Source of the DNA: an uncultured Ignavibacteria bacterium
GTDB taxonomy: Bacteria > Zixibacteria > MSB-5A5 > WJJR01 > JAJRUJ01
Direction of reading: 5' to 3'
Length of the DNA: 64,000 nt
Assembly: GCA_964461835.1 (NCBI GenBank)
Contig: CAYWVO010000006.1
Span: 13,998-77,997, forward strand
The number at the start of each line of letters is the position of its first letter. Positions within the stretch are counted from its first letter, which is position 1. Below are positions 17,789-27,818 of the stretch, piece after piece. The notes beneath the pieces are model-generated. The model saw nothing but the letters and a program-made list of their open reading frames with translations, searched no databases and was not told where the DNA came from. Position numbers and translations under genes: made by a program.

Positions 17789-18193
17789 ATGTCAGGAGCA
17801 GCCGGCGGCGGCATCGCGGCTGCCGTCGCAGCCAAGAAACGGCGAGAACGGGAGCAGGAGGAAGAACAGATGGCCGGATATACTCAAGAGGACTTAAAGG
17901 GCTGGGAGTTTAAATTTGTCCGCAGTTTCAGCGGCAAATTCGGCAATCCTCAGTTCCTGAAGAAAATATGCGCCGAGGAAAAAGAAGCCGGCTGGGAGTT
18001 GGTCGAAAAATTCGACGATAATCGCCTGCGCTTTAAACGACGGGTGGAGGAACGCGCCAACGACCAACAACGTCAGCGTGATCCCTACCGCAGCACCATT
18101 GGCCTTAGCGAGAACAGGATGGCACTGGTCATCCTGGGGATAGTATTGCTTATCGGGGGAGCGATATTTCTTCTCGCGATGGCCTTATCCTGA
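17789..18193 (+). CDS. Hypothetical protein with a C-terminal TM helix
   Basis: A GGAGGAGG RBS precedes the start. Charged, coiled N-terminal part followed by a C-terminal membrane anchor. Confidence 0.4.
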   Translation: MSGAAGGGIAAAVAAKKRREREQEEEQMAGYTQEDLKGWEFKFVRSFSGKFGNPQFLKKICAEEKEAGWELVEKFDDNRLRFKRRVEERANDQQRQRDPYRSTIGLSENRMALVILGIVLLIGGAIFLLAMALS

Positions 18194-18255
18194 GCAAGTA
18201 AATAATGGCAAGGCGCTACTACGCCTTGCCGATGTCCACAGTATATTTCTTTCAT

Positions 18256-18819
18256 TCAGCCCGCGAAATCCACCGGGCCGCCGAGTTTCAACGCGACTTT
18301 GGCGACATTAGCGCCATGATGGCGGGCGGCGATCAGCTTATCATCGCTCAAGCCGATCGGTTTCATTTGCTCGTCATGTGCGCGACCACACGGGCCCCAT
18401 TGTAATCCGGCCTTTTCATACCCCGGCGTATTTTTCGGTAGCGGAACCAAAATCAGGCCCAGCTCGGCGAAATTATTTAACATCGAAAGTTGTGCCAATT
18501 CTACTCCGCTGCCGCCATTACCAAACCCACTCCCGGAGGTGAACACCGCGCCCACTTTCCCAACCATTGTGTTCTTCATCCAGAGGCCGCTGCAGTGTTT
18601 GTCGATCAACTGCTTAATCCGCCAGTCCATCGAGCCCATATGCACCGGTGACCCGAATACGAGCGCATCGGCCGCGAGCATATCATCTGCCGTGGTCTCT
18701 TCGGCGGTTTTGAGGATCGCCTTGGCACCATCAACTGAGTTAACTCCCTCGGCAACGACTTCGGCCATTTTCTTAGTCGAGCCGTAGTCGGTCGCATAGA
18801 CGATCAGCACCTTTGCCAT
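18256..18819 (-). CDS. wrbA: WrbA-type NAD(P)H:quinone oxidoreductase, a multimeric flavodoxin
   Basis: Has the flavodoxin-like N-terminus KVLIVYATDYGSTKKMAE and an FMN-binding loop. Length 187 aa. Confidence 0.85.
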   Translation of the reverse strand: MAKVLIVYATDYGSTKKMAEVVAEGVNSVDGAKAILKTAEETTADDMLAADALVFGSPVHMGSMDWRIKQLIDKHCSGLWMKNTMVGKVGAVFTSGSGFGNGGSGVELAQLSMLNNFAELGLILVPLPKNTPGYEKAGLQWGPCGRAHDEQMKPIGLSDDKLIAARHHGANVAKVALKLGGPVDFAG

Positions 18820-19006
18820 CGAATACTCTCCTCCGTATCTATTCTCAATCTCCCGGTTGACAAGGATATACGGAGAATTGAGTAAAATTCGTGGTCACCC
18901 TGCAAAAACTCGATAAAAAAATACCCGGCCAGTAATCTTAACAAAGATCATTTTCCTGCCACATTGAAATTCTTACCTTACCCCCGAGTCGGATTATATA
19001 CGGGAG

Positions 19007-21826
19007 GTGTCTTACATGGTCACGAAGCTACGGTTCTCTATCGCGGTATTTTTTGCACTGATGGTAACTGGTGTTTGTCTCATATCGGCATCCGCACAAC
19101 ATTTGCCGGTCCAATACCACGGTGATTACGACATGGAATTTTTCTCCGCAGGAAAGTACTTACAGGATATTCCCACTCCGGAATCGATATTGGGATACAA
19201 AGTCGGCAGCCGCCCGGCCACCCACGCCGAGATTCGGTCCTACTTTCGTGCGCTCGCTGAAGCCAGCGACCGGGTGATTCTTCGCTCGCACGGAGTAACT
19301 TACGAGGGCCGTGAGTTGATTCATGCAATCATCACTGCACCTGCCAATCACACGGAATTGCGTCAAATAAAATCACGTAACCAGAAACTCGCCGATCCGT
19401 CCCTGGCCGCCCCGAATGAGGCGTCACGGATCACCCAGAGCAATCCGGTTGTTTTCTGGGCCGGGTATAATATTCACGGGGATGAACTTTCCGGTGCAGA
19501 CGCGGCCATGCAGGTGGCTTATCAACTGGCGGCGGGTACCGACACCATGACCCTGGCGATTCTGGATGATGTCGTGGCGATTATCGATCCGATGGAAAAT
19601 CCGGACGGCCGCGATCGCTTTCTGGCGATGATGCAAGTTTTGAATACCGCGGTTCCGACACCCGATGCACAGAGTTTACAACATCGGGGAGTCTGGCCCT
19701 ACGGCCGCAGTAACCATTACTGGTTCGATTTGAATCGCGACTGGTATGCACTCGTGCACCCCGAAACCCAGGGGCGGGTGGAGACCATTATCGACTGGAA
19801 CCCGCAGGTGATTGTTGACGCGCACGAAATGGGAGTCCACAGTAGCTTCTTGTTCTCGCCTCCGCGCGCGCCGTACCACCCGACCGTCACCGAAAACCGC
19901 AAGAAATGGTGGGACATTTTCGCGCGTGATCAGGGAGCGGCATTCGACGAGTATGGGTGGCGCTATTACTCGGGTGATTGGAACGAGGAATGGTTTCCCG
20001 GCTTTACCACCTCCTGGGGCGGATTGACCGGCGCCGTGGGGATTCTCTACGAACAGGCGCGGGTTGAAGGTAAGCTCTCGAAGCAACCGGATAAATATAC
20101 CCTGACCTACGGTGAAACAGTCCATCACCAGTTCGTCAGTTCAATTGCCAACCTGCGGACCGCCGCGTTTCATCGCGAACGACTGCTGCGCGACTTTCAT
20201 GCCGATAAGCTAGCTGCAACAAGGGCCCGACCGGGGGCATATCTGATCATCCCGGGCGACAATCCCGGCATCGTGAATACCCTGATTCGCACGATGCAAA
20301 CGCAGGGTATTCAGGTTATGCAAGCGAAACATTCTTTTGCAGCAACCGGGCGAAACTACTGGAACGCGTCCGAGACCAGCCGGCGGTTTCCCGAGAAAAC
20401 CATCGTGGTCACGAAGAACCAACCGATGGGGAACCTGGTGGAAACGATCCTCTCCTTCGATCATCGCCTGTCGGACAGCATTCTCGCCGAAGAGCGCAAA
20501 TCAATATTGCGTGGTGAGGGCGGCACGATGTATGAGATCACCGCCTGGTGTCCGTTGATGGGCTATGGGCTGACGGCGTACGATTTCGAGGGGAATCTAA
20601 GCGTGGCGCTCGAAGCCGCCGAACCAATCGATATCCCGGCGGGACGGCTGATCGGCGAGGATGCTTCCCAAGGCTATGCCATGCGTACGCTGGCCGATCA
20701 TGAAATTCGGGCATTGGTCGAGTTATTCCGCGAGGAGATTAACCTGCGGGCGGCGCGGAAACCGTTTTCTCTTGGCGATCAAAAGTTCCCTGCGGGGAGC
20801 GTTGTCATTTCACGCAAAGGCAACCCCGACAATCTCAATGATATTTTAAGGCCAATCGCCGAAACGACCGGGGCGAATTTTTATGCCGTACCCACGGGCC
20901 AGGCTACAACGGGCTACGATCTCGGCAGCGGAAAATACGACCTGCTCGCGCGTCCCCGGATCGCCATGGTTGCCACCAGCCCGGCGAGCTATACTACTGC
21001 CGGCGCCATCTGGCACATGCTGGACCAACGGTTGCAGATTGAACATTCGCTGCTGGATGCAACTCGTCTCGGGGATCTATCAAAGTACAATGTGCTTATT
21101 CTGCCGAGCAGTTGGCGTGGCCCCGGCGGATACCTCAGGACGTTTGGGGAAGGTGACATCAAGACCATCAAAGATTGGGTAGCGGACGGTGGTACGTTAA
21201 TTGCCACCGGCAGCGCGGCGGCATTCTGCGCCGACACCAGTGTGGGACTGTCACAGGTTCGGCAACGGCGTCAAGCGCTTAATATGTTGGACTCCTTCGA
21301 AAAAGCAGTGGCCGACGAGAAAGAGGCCAAATCTCCCATGGTTTCTGACATGGTGCTATGGAAGCGCCCGCCGGGGACTCGCCAATCGGAATCAGCTGCT
21401 CCATCGCCACCAGTCAATATGCAGGAACTCGCAGAGGAGGACAGCGACGCGCGACGGTTCCGACCGCACGGGACAATCGTGCGGGTGGATCTGGACACCG
21501 AGGAATGGCTGACCTTTGGTATGGAAGACAAAGTTCCGGCACTGATGAGTTCATCTTATGCCTTACTCTCGAAGCCACCAGTGCGCACCGTGGGACGATA
21601 TGGCGCTGAGCAAACAATTCGTCTGTCCGGTCTGCTCTGGCCGGAAGCTCGGGAACGGTGGGCGGAGACTGCATATCTCACCCGTGAATCTCGCGGCAAG
21701 GGACAAGTGATTTTGATTGCGGAACGGCCGGTTTTTCGCGGCTATTTTCACGGCACCGAACGGTTATTGATCAACGCTATTCTCTTTGGACCGGGATTGG
21801 GATCACGCGAGGCGCTGCCCTGGTAA
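19007..21826 (+). CDS. Secreted M14-family zinc carboxypeptidase with a large C-terminal extension
   Basis: Has a signal peptide and the M14 Zn-binding HGDE motif (NIHGDELSG), with the downstream His (DAHEMG) also present. Length 939 aa. Confidence 0.85.
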   Translation: MSYMVTKLRFSIAVFFALMVTGVCLISASAQHLPVQYHGDYDMEFFSAGKYLQDIPTPESILGYKVGSRPATHAEIRSYFRALAEASDRVILRSHGVTYEGRELIHAIITAPANHTELRQIKSRNQKLADPSLAAPNEASRITQSNPVVFWAGYNIHGDELSGADAAMQVAYQLAAGTDTMTLAILDDVVAIIDPMENPDGRDRFLAMMQVLNTAVPTPDAQSLQHRGVWPYGRSNHYWFDLNRDWYALVHPETQGRVETIIDWNPQVIVDAHEMGVHSSFLFSPPRAPYHPTVTENRKKWWDIFARDQGAAFDEYGWRYYSGDWNEEWFPGFTTSWGGLTGAVGILYEQARVEGKLSKQPDKYTLTYGETVHHQFVSSIANLRTAAFHRERLLRDFHADKLAATRARPGAYLIIPGDNPGIVNTLIRTMQTQGIQVMQAKHSFAATGRNYWNASETSRRFPEKTIVVTKNQPMGNLVETILSFDHRLSDSILAEERKSILRGEGGTMYEITAWCPLMGYGLTAYDFEGNLSVALEAAEPIDIPAGRLIGEDASQGYAMRTLADHEIRALVELFREEINLRAARKPFSLGDQKFPAGSVVISRKGNPDNLNDILRPIAETTGANFYAVPTGQATTGYDLGSGKYDLLARPRIAMVATSPASYTTAGAIWHMLDQRLQIEHSLLDATRLGDLSKYNVLILPSSWRGPGGYLRTFGEGDIKTIKDWVADGGTLIATGSAAAFCADTSVGLSQVRQRRQALNMLDSFEKAVADEKEAKSPMVSDMVLWKRPPGTRQSESAAPSPPVNMQELAEEDSDARRFRPHGTIVRVDLDTEEWLTFGMEDKVPALMSSSYALLSKPPVRTVGRYGAEQTIRLSGLLWPEARERWAETAYLTRESRGKGQVILIAERPVFRGYFHGTERLLINAILFGPGLGSREALPW

Positions 21827-21871
21827 CGAGTCGGTATAACGGCTCTTGGCGCACAGGGAGCAGCCGTACCG

Positions 21872-21923
21872 GGTAGGATGATGTCGGGTTTCTCCGCGCG
21901 TTGACACGCACGTCGGAACCCGG
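21872..21923 (+). repeat. Family-D repeat, copy D2
   Basis: atgtcgggtttctccgcgcgttgacacgcacgtcggaacccggcctaca. Confidence 0.75.
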
Positions 21924-22083
21924 CCTACATCACAAGCTTGCGGGACGGTGTCGAGACGCCTGCCGCGCATAAAATAGACCGGGTCGTGGTGTAAGTCGGC
22001 ACGCTTTTTTATCCTTACCAAACGGGATATATTTTGCTATATCTTTTTTGGGCGGGGTAACGGTCGGAGCGGAGCCTAATAGT

Positions 22084-22961
22084 ATGCAGGACTTTCTTGC
22101 CCAACTCGATGAATTCGCCACAGTGAAACTCTTCGAGATTAACCAGATGCCCATCACCGTTTCCTCAGTCGTGATGTTCCTGGTGATGCTGGGAGCGTTT
22201 TATATTTTCTCCAAGTTGATTATCCGTAATATCCTGCGTCGGGTCCTCCCCCGCTTCGACATCGAACCCGGAACGCAATTTAATTCCGCCGGATCACGCA
22301 TTATGCCATCATGATCACCGGAACGATTATCTCGTTCCGGTTTGTCGGGATTGATCTGAGCGGCCTGGCAGTGATCTTTGGGTTGTTGTCGGTGGGTATT
22401 GGGTTTGGGCTGCAAAATGTGACCTCGAATTTTGTAGCCGGATTGATTCTCTTGTTCGAGCGGCCAATCAGTGTCGGTGATCGCATCACGGTGGGCAATG
22501 AAGAGGGCGACGTGACTGCAATCAATATGCGTTCGACATCGATTCGCACACTGAGCAATATCACTGTGATAATTCCGAATTCAGAGTTTGTCTCGGCGCA
22601 TGTGGTCAACTGGTCGCACGGGGACCCCAAAGTCCGGCTGGAAATTCCGGTCGGCGTCTCCTATAGCTCAGATTTGGACACCGTGATCAAAGCCCTGGAA
22701 GAAGTGGCTTCCGAACATCCTGAAGTTCTCAAGGCACCCAAATCGGACGTGCTGTTGCGGAAATTCGGAGATTCATCCTGGAATATGGAACTACGGGCCT
22801 GGATTTCCGATCCCAAGCGTCACCCGGTGATCACCTCGGAACTCAATTGCGCGATCGTACGCAAATTCCGCAAGTACGGTGTCGAGATTCCGTTCCCGCA
22901 GCGCGATCTGCATGTGCGCTCGCCGTTGCCGGTACCGCTGTCATCGTCGCCGGAAAATTGA
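22084..22961 (+). pseudogene. MscS-family mechanosensitive channel interrupted by a frameshift near 22279-22286
   Basis: ORF 22048-22314 encodes TM1 and the linker. ORF 22311-22961 continues in a different frame with the GIGFGLQN pore helix and cytoplasmic domain. The frames can be joined by a 1-nt indel in the caatttaatt run. Confidence 0.6.
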
Positions 22962-24449
22962 GACCAGTAGATCACGTTCTCCCTCGCTCCACATCCCGAA
23001 ATATATCGTCAAAAATGAAGGAATACTGCTGACGCACGCACCAATAATCAGTGGAACCCAGCCGGTAATGACGATCGTATGCATTATCCACCAGGCGAGT
23101 GCGGTCGAGGGTACTGCCGCCAGTGCGCTGATTGAGAGCAGGCGAAAATAATGCCGCATCTCCAGTCCGGCGTGGCGTTTGAACAACAGCGGCAAGTACA
23201 AGCCATTACGCGCCACCAGACAGATTGCCGACGCTGCGGCGATTCCCAACAACCCCCAACCCAGGGAGACCACGAACATCACGGACAATACCGGATTGAT
23301 TAATCCGATATATAACGCCGAGAGCGAGCTTTCCCGGATCTTGCCCAGGCCGGTCAGGACAGCGATTCCGCCATAGGCACATACCGTGATGGCCAGCGGA
23401 AACGCCAGAAACTGCAAAATAGTGGCCGCGGTTCGTTGTCCGGGCCCGACCCAAACAATGATCAGCGGTTCGGCCAAGGCGAACAAGAGGCCGGCAATTA
23501 ACCAGGCGAACGGCATGATGACGATATTGGTCCGTTGGAGCAGGCGGGCAATTTCGGACGGATTCTCCTCCGCCTGCAAGGCCGTCACCCGAGGGGTCAG
23601 GACCGTGGTCATGGCGGAGACAATCGCCCGCAAAAGAAACAACCACCGTGCGCCGCAATAGTAGATCGTAACCATGGCCGATCCCAACAGCCACCCGGCA
23701 ACGAGAATATCGGCCTGGTTGAGAATGATCAGCCCTACTCCCGCCAGCATGTATTCAGTGGCGAAGACGGTAATTGGTCGCATTGTACTGGAGCGGAACC
23801 ACTTTGGAGAAAATGAGAGTTCCGGCGCGAGTAGTCGTTGATGAACGATGCCGGCCGCGAGGCGAGCCGCTGCCGCGATCAGCATGCCATACCCGATCCA
23901 GCGCAGTGCCGGGGCGAAGATTTCGGAGAGGCCGATGATAATCGCCAGTCGCAAGAGACCGGCGCCCATCATCGTGCCGTATTCCCAGTCGAAGCGCTCA
24001 TGGGCAAAATAGCCAATCGCAAACGCCCCACGGATGATTTCCAGGCTGACCGCGCCGCCAAACAGCAGCGTTAGCAAGCGCGCCTGGATCAGATTTTCAC
24101 CCGAAAACGGATAGAACGCCGGCGCCAGCCACCACAAAAATGCGGTCACCGCCAGACTGAGCACGCCCAGAACTGCCAAGACTAGACTGCCGGCGCCATA
24201 ATGCTGCGTGGCTTCGGCCGGATTCCGACCGCGCATTGCGGCGGTTACAAACCGTCCCACCGATGCCTGCACCGCCGTGGGGATGATGGTAAACAACACA
24301 AATAACGACGTCAGCCACGGCACGATCCCATAGGCCTCAGCGCCGAGCCGCTCGACAAAGTACCACACAACGACCAGGGCGATGAGTCCATCCAGCGCCA
24401 GATTAGCCAGCTTCACCAGCGCGTTGATCGATAACCGTTGTGTTTTCAC
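22941..24449 (-). CDS. Polysaccharide biosynthesis / oligosaccharide flippase family membrane protein (MOP superfamily, Wzx-like)
   Basis: Length 502 aa with roughly 14 predicted TM helices. The hydrophobicity pattern is typical of a PST-family flippase. Confidence 0.6.
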   Translation of the reverse strand: MKTQRLSINALVKLANLALDGLIALVVVWYFVERLGAEAYGIVPWLTSLFVLFTIIPTAVQASVGRFVTAAMRGRNPAEATQHYGAGSLVLAVLGVLSLAVTAFLWWLAPAFYPFSGENLIQARLLTLLFGGAVSLEIIRGAFAIGYFAHERFDWEYGTMMGAGLLRLAIIIGLSEIFAPALRWIGYGMLIAAAARLAAGIVHQRLLAPELSFSPKWFRSSTMRPITVFATEYMLAGVGLIILNQADILVAGWLLGSAMVTIYYCGARWLFLLRAIVSAMTTVLTPRVTALQAEENPSEIARLLQRTNIVIMPFAWLIAGLLFALAEPLIIVWVGPGQRTAATILQFLAFPLAITVCAYGGIAVLTGLGKIRESSLSALYIGLINPVLSVMFVVSLGWGLLGIAAASAICLVARNGLYLPLLFKRHAGLEMRHYFRLLSISALAAVPSTALAWWIMHTIVITGWVPLIIGACVSSIPSFLTIYFGMWSEGERDLLVSIFRRR

Positions 24450-24566
24450 CGTTCTCCCTTTACCAGTGGTATAAATGGTACAATGGTTATCTCAACAGAA
24501 CAATCGCCGTTTTGCAGTGGTTTTTTCGGAAAGGACTATTTTACTTCCACGAAGAAGGAGTCCCGG

Positions 24567-26042
24567 ATGATTCGAACTATGATCATCGTAGTACTGGTTG
24601 TGGTGGTTATGACGGCTGCCACGCCGGCGCTTGCCCAGCCGTTCCCGGCTGATACCATCCACGCGCGGATTATCTGGACTTCCGACCGCGCTGTGTACAT
24701 CAACGCCGGGGCGGAGCAGGGAGTGGAAATCGGCTGGCGATTCAGGCTTGGTGATACCGCGTATTCCGATATGGTTTTCGGCGAGCAGATCACGGACGTG
24801 TATCCCGAAATCAGTTCCGGCTTGGCGGACTCATTGTTGCGCAATATTCTCGCCCGACCGGACTGGTATCCACCGGTAGTGATCTATCCTGACACGGCCC
24901 GCATACCACATATTCCGCACCTGCGGGTAGGAATAGTGACTGATGATCCGGCGCCGTCAACCATGATCGAAATCTGTGAAAACCCGCTGTTGGCCTCGTT
25001 ATTTCATCCGGAGATTCGACAAACTGAATTGGGCTGGTCAGTCGACAACCGACTTGACCCGGCGGTACGCGATGTCGATACGTTGATGCCGCCGGATACC
25101 ACCTGCTGGTCATCCCGCTGGATTCAACATGACGGGATGACCTGGATCCGGAATGAGCAGGTGCCCACCACCTCCCTGGACCGCTGGCGCATTGATACGA
25201 TCCAGCATGTGCATTATCGCACGCACGACGATCAGGCTGTCGGACTCGAACTGGGCGAGGCCGACCTGGCGCTGTTATCAATCAGTGACCTGCTGCGCGC
25301 CGGCTTTCCACCCGATCAGTATCGTCTACAACGCACAACCCAGAAAGCGCTGGTCGTTTTCGGGGTACATCAACGCAAAAAACATCTGCAAAACAACCGG
25401 CTGACCACGGCGGTGTCATATTTAATCAGCAAAGAAGACGTCGTCGAGGTGTTGCTGGCCGGGCAGGGAGCACCCCGTGACGATCTTTTGGGATTCACGC
25501 AGTTTGCCGGTGCATCCCCCTACCCGTATAATCCGCAACAGGGCTATGAACTGCTGCGCAAAGTAAAAGTACGGGATCCGCTGTGGTTCGCGGTCGATTC
25601 CCGCATTGACCGAGGGATGATTGTTGCCCGGCATGTTGCAGAGAAATTGAATCTTTCCGGCATCGAGACGAAAATTGTCGAAATATCACCTGACCGGTGG
25701 TATGATCCCGCTACGCTGGACTCCCTGGATGCTTTTTTGTACTGGTTGGATATCGATGCGGAGGATCCGGGGAAATCGCTGATCCACTTACTAGAGTCCC
25801 CGTTCGGACAGGAAGTACTCGCATCCCGGGAGACCGTATTTGATGATTTACGCGAAAAGCCGCCTGCCGGTGATTCACTGGCAGTGGCGGCATATTATGG
25901 CACCCTGGAATTCAAACTGCTGACTGAGCCCTATCTCTGCCCACTGTATCAACCGATACGGTCGATCGCGGTAGCCCGCGATCTGCCGGATATTCGATTG
26001 ACCCCGTATGGGGAAATCGATATCGTTCCCCAGAGCCGTTAA
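24567..26042 (+). CDS. Periplasmic solute-binding protein, SBP family-5-like
   Basis: Has a signal peptide after a GAAGAAGGAG RBS. The C-terminal region resembles SBP_bac_5. Its stop abuts the sensor kinase start. Confidence 0.55.
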   Translation: MIRTMIIVVLVVVVMTAATPALAQPFPADTIHARIIWTSDRAVYINAGAEQGVEIGWRFRLGDTAYSDMVFGEQITDVYPEISSGLADSLLRNILARPDWYPPVVIYPDTARIPHIPHLRVGIVTDDPAPSTMIEICENPLLASLFHPEIRQTELGWSVDNRLDPAVRDVDTLMPPDTTCWSSRWIQHDGMTWIRNEQVPTTSLDRWRIDTIQHVHYRTHDDQAVGLELGEADLALLSISDLLRAGFPPDQYRLQRTTQKALVVFGVHQRKKHLQNNRLTTAVSYLISKEDVVEVLLAGQGAPRDDLLGFTQFAGASPYPYNPQQGYELLRKVKVRDPLWFAVDSRIDRGMIVARHVAEKLNLSGIETKIVEISPDRWYDPATLDSLDAFLYWLDIDAEDPGKSLIHLLESPFGQEVLASRETVFDDLREKPPAGDSLAVAAYYGTLEFKLLTEPYLCPLYQPIRSIAVARDLPDIRLTPYGEIDIVPQSR

Positions 26043-27809
26043 TTGCTTAATAAAGGCAGGCCCGTGAAATCTAAAATCTTTCTTGCGTTTATTATCGTGG
26101 CGGTGATACCGGCGGCGATTACCATTTTTGCGGCGAATATGTTCGCCAGCCGTGAGCTGGAGGAGATTTTCCGTCACGACGCCCGCACCGGTATCGCGCG
26201 GGTGGATGCCAACATTGTTGCTGACCTGAAGGCGGTCGCCGAAGCGGCCCGAGAGGAATCGATGGACACCCGCTGGCGGCGGTTGTTTCTGCGACGGCGT
26301 CAATTGGGATCAGTGTTTCGCGCACAATTAATCAATGAGTTAACCGTACAAACCAAGCAAGGCGGCTGGGAATTTTCGGCGATTATTGATACCGCCGGTG
26401 AAGTATTGGCGCGTGGGGATCGACCCTCCTCATTCGGCGACACCTTGGACTACCGCACCGCGTTCGGCACCTACGAGGTGAACAAGCCGATGGGGAGCGC
26501 AGTCATGCCCCAACTGCCGGTATGGGGTACCGGCGGTCTTTTGGGTATCTCACCGATCCGGCATGAAGATCGCATCCTTGGGTACTTGCTGGTGGGCAGA
26601 CCGTTCACCGCTGAGCATCTGCGGGAGTGGGTCGGTGGCTGGGCGATTTCCTCGATGATTGTCGGTGAGGGAAAAATCCTCAACTTAACCGAAGGAATCC
26701 CTGAGGAATCGATACCCCGAGAGGTCTATACCGAACTTTACACCGGCCCACCGGTCTCATCAATGCATTTGGATGATAGACGTTACCTGATTGGGCGCAA
26801 GCAATTGACCCGGCCGGGTTCTGGTAAGCCGGAACTCATGATCCTGTTGTTTTTTGATTCCACACCAGTTGATGCCGCAATTGACAAGTTGCTTTATTCT
26901 ATGTTGGCCACCGGCGGCGTGGGATTGATTCTGGCGATTATTTTTGCCGCATGGGTCGCCCGGCTGTTAACCAAGCCGCTGGATGATATCATTTTCGCCT
27001 CGCAACGAATCTCCGCCGGCGATTGGGACGCTGATGTAATCAGTTTTTCCACCGGGGAAGCTGGCCGGATGGCGGATGCATTCAATAAGATGATCCGTGA
27101 CCTGCGCACCACTCGCGACCGTTTGGTGTATACCGAACGGTTAGCCGCCTGGCGCGACGCGGCACGCAAAGTTGCGCATGAAGTAAAAAACCCGCTGTCA
27201 CCGATTCAAATCGCTGCAGAGGATTTGCGCTCCGCCTACCAAGGAGATGATCCGAAATTTCAGCAAACCCTGACCGAGGCAACGAAGACAATTTTGGATG
27301 AAGTCAGTGCCATCCGGCGGTTCGTCGATGAGTTTGCCGCGTTTGCACGTACCCCGAAACCGACGTTCGAGCACATTGACTCCGCCGAGTTGCTGCGCGA
27401 GACCGGTGCGGCGTTTCCCGAAGCAAGCAAAGAAAGACAACTCGTGATCGACACCTCGCAGCAAATCGGCTTCATCGGAGACACCGAACTGTTGCGGCGG
27501 GCGCTGGTCAACCTGGTCAAAAACGGCTTGGAGGCCGGTGGCCCGAAGACCAGGGTGTCGGTGATGGATGTCGACGAGGACGACTGGTTGGAATTTATTG
27601 TCGATGATACCGGACCCGGAATCTCTGACGAGATGAAAGATCAACTCTTCACCCCGTACGCAACCGACAAATCCGCTGGTACCGGACTGGGGTTGGTCAT
27701 TGTCCAGGGGATTGTCGCCGATCACGGTGGCACAGTGAGTGTCCGCGAGAGTCCCGAGGGGGGTGCGCGGTTTGTGGTTCGGTTGCCCAAAGACCCCCGA
27801 AGCGAGTAA
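26043..27809 (+). CDS. Sensor histidine kinase with periplasmic sensing domain, HAMP and HisKA/HATPase (NtrB-like)
   Basis: Has two TM segments flanking a roughly 270-aa periplasmic domain. The H-box is HEVKNPLSPI. A C-terminal ATPase domain is present. Confidence 0.9.
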   Translation: MLNKGRPVKSKIFLAFIIVAVIPAAITIFAANMFASRELEEIFRHDARTGIARVDANIVADLKAVAEAAREESMDTRWRRLFLRRRQLGSVFRAQLINELTVQTKQGGWEFSAIIDTAGEVLARGDRPSSFGDTLDYRTAFGTYEVNKPMGSAVMPQLPVWGTGGLLGISPIRHEDRILGYLLVGRPFTAEHLREWVGGWAISSMIVGEGKILNLTEGIPEESIPREVYTELYTGPPVSSMHLDDRRYLIGRKQLTRPGSGKPELMILLFFDSTPVDAAIDKLLYSMLATGGVGLILAIIFAAWVARLLTKPLDDIIFASQRISAGDWDADVISFSTGEAGRMADAFNKMIRDLRTTRDRLVYTERLAAWRDAARKVAHEVKNPLSPIQIAAEDLRSAYQGDDPKFQQTLTEATKTILDEVSAIRRFVDEFAAFARTPKPTFEHIDSAELLRETGAAFPEASKERQLVIDTSQQIGFIGDTELLRRALVNLVKNGLEAGGPKTRVSVMDVDEDDWLEFIVDDTGPGISDEMKDQLFTPYATDKSAGTGLGLVIVQGIVADHGGTVSVRESPEGGARFVVRLPKDPRSE

Positions 27810-27818
27810 TCTAAGCCA

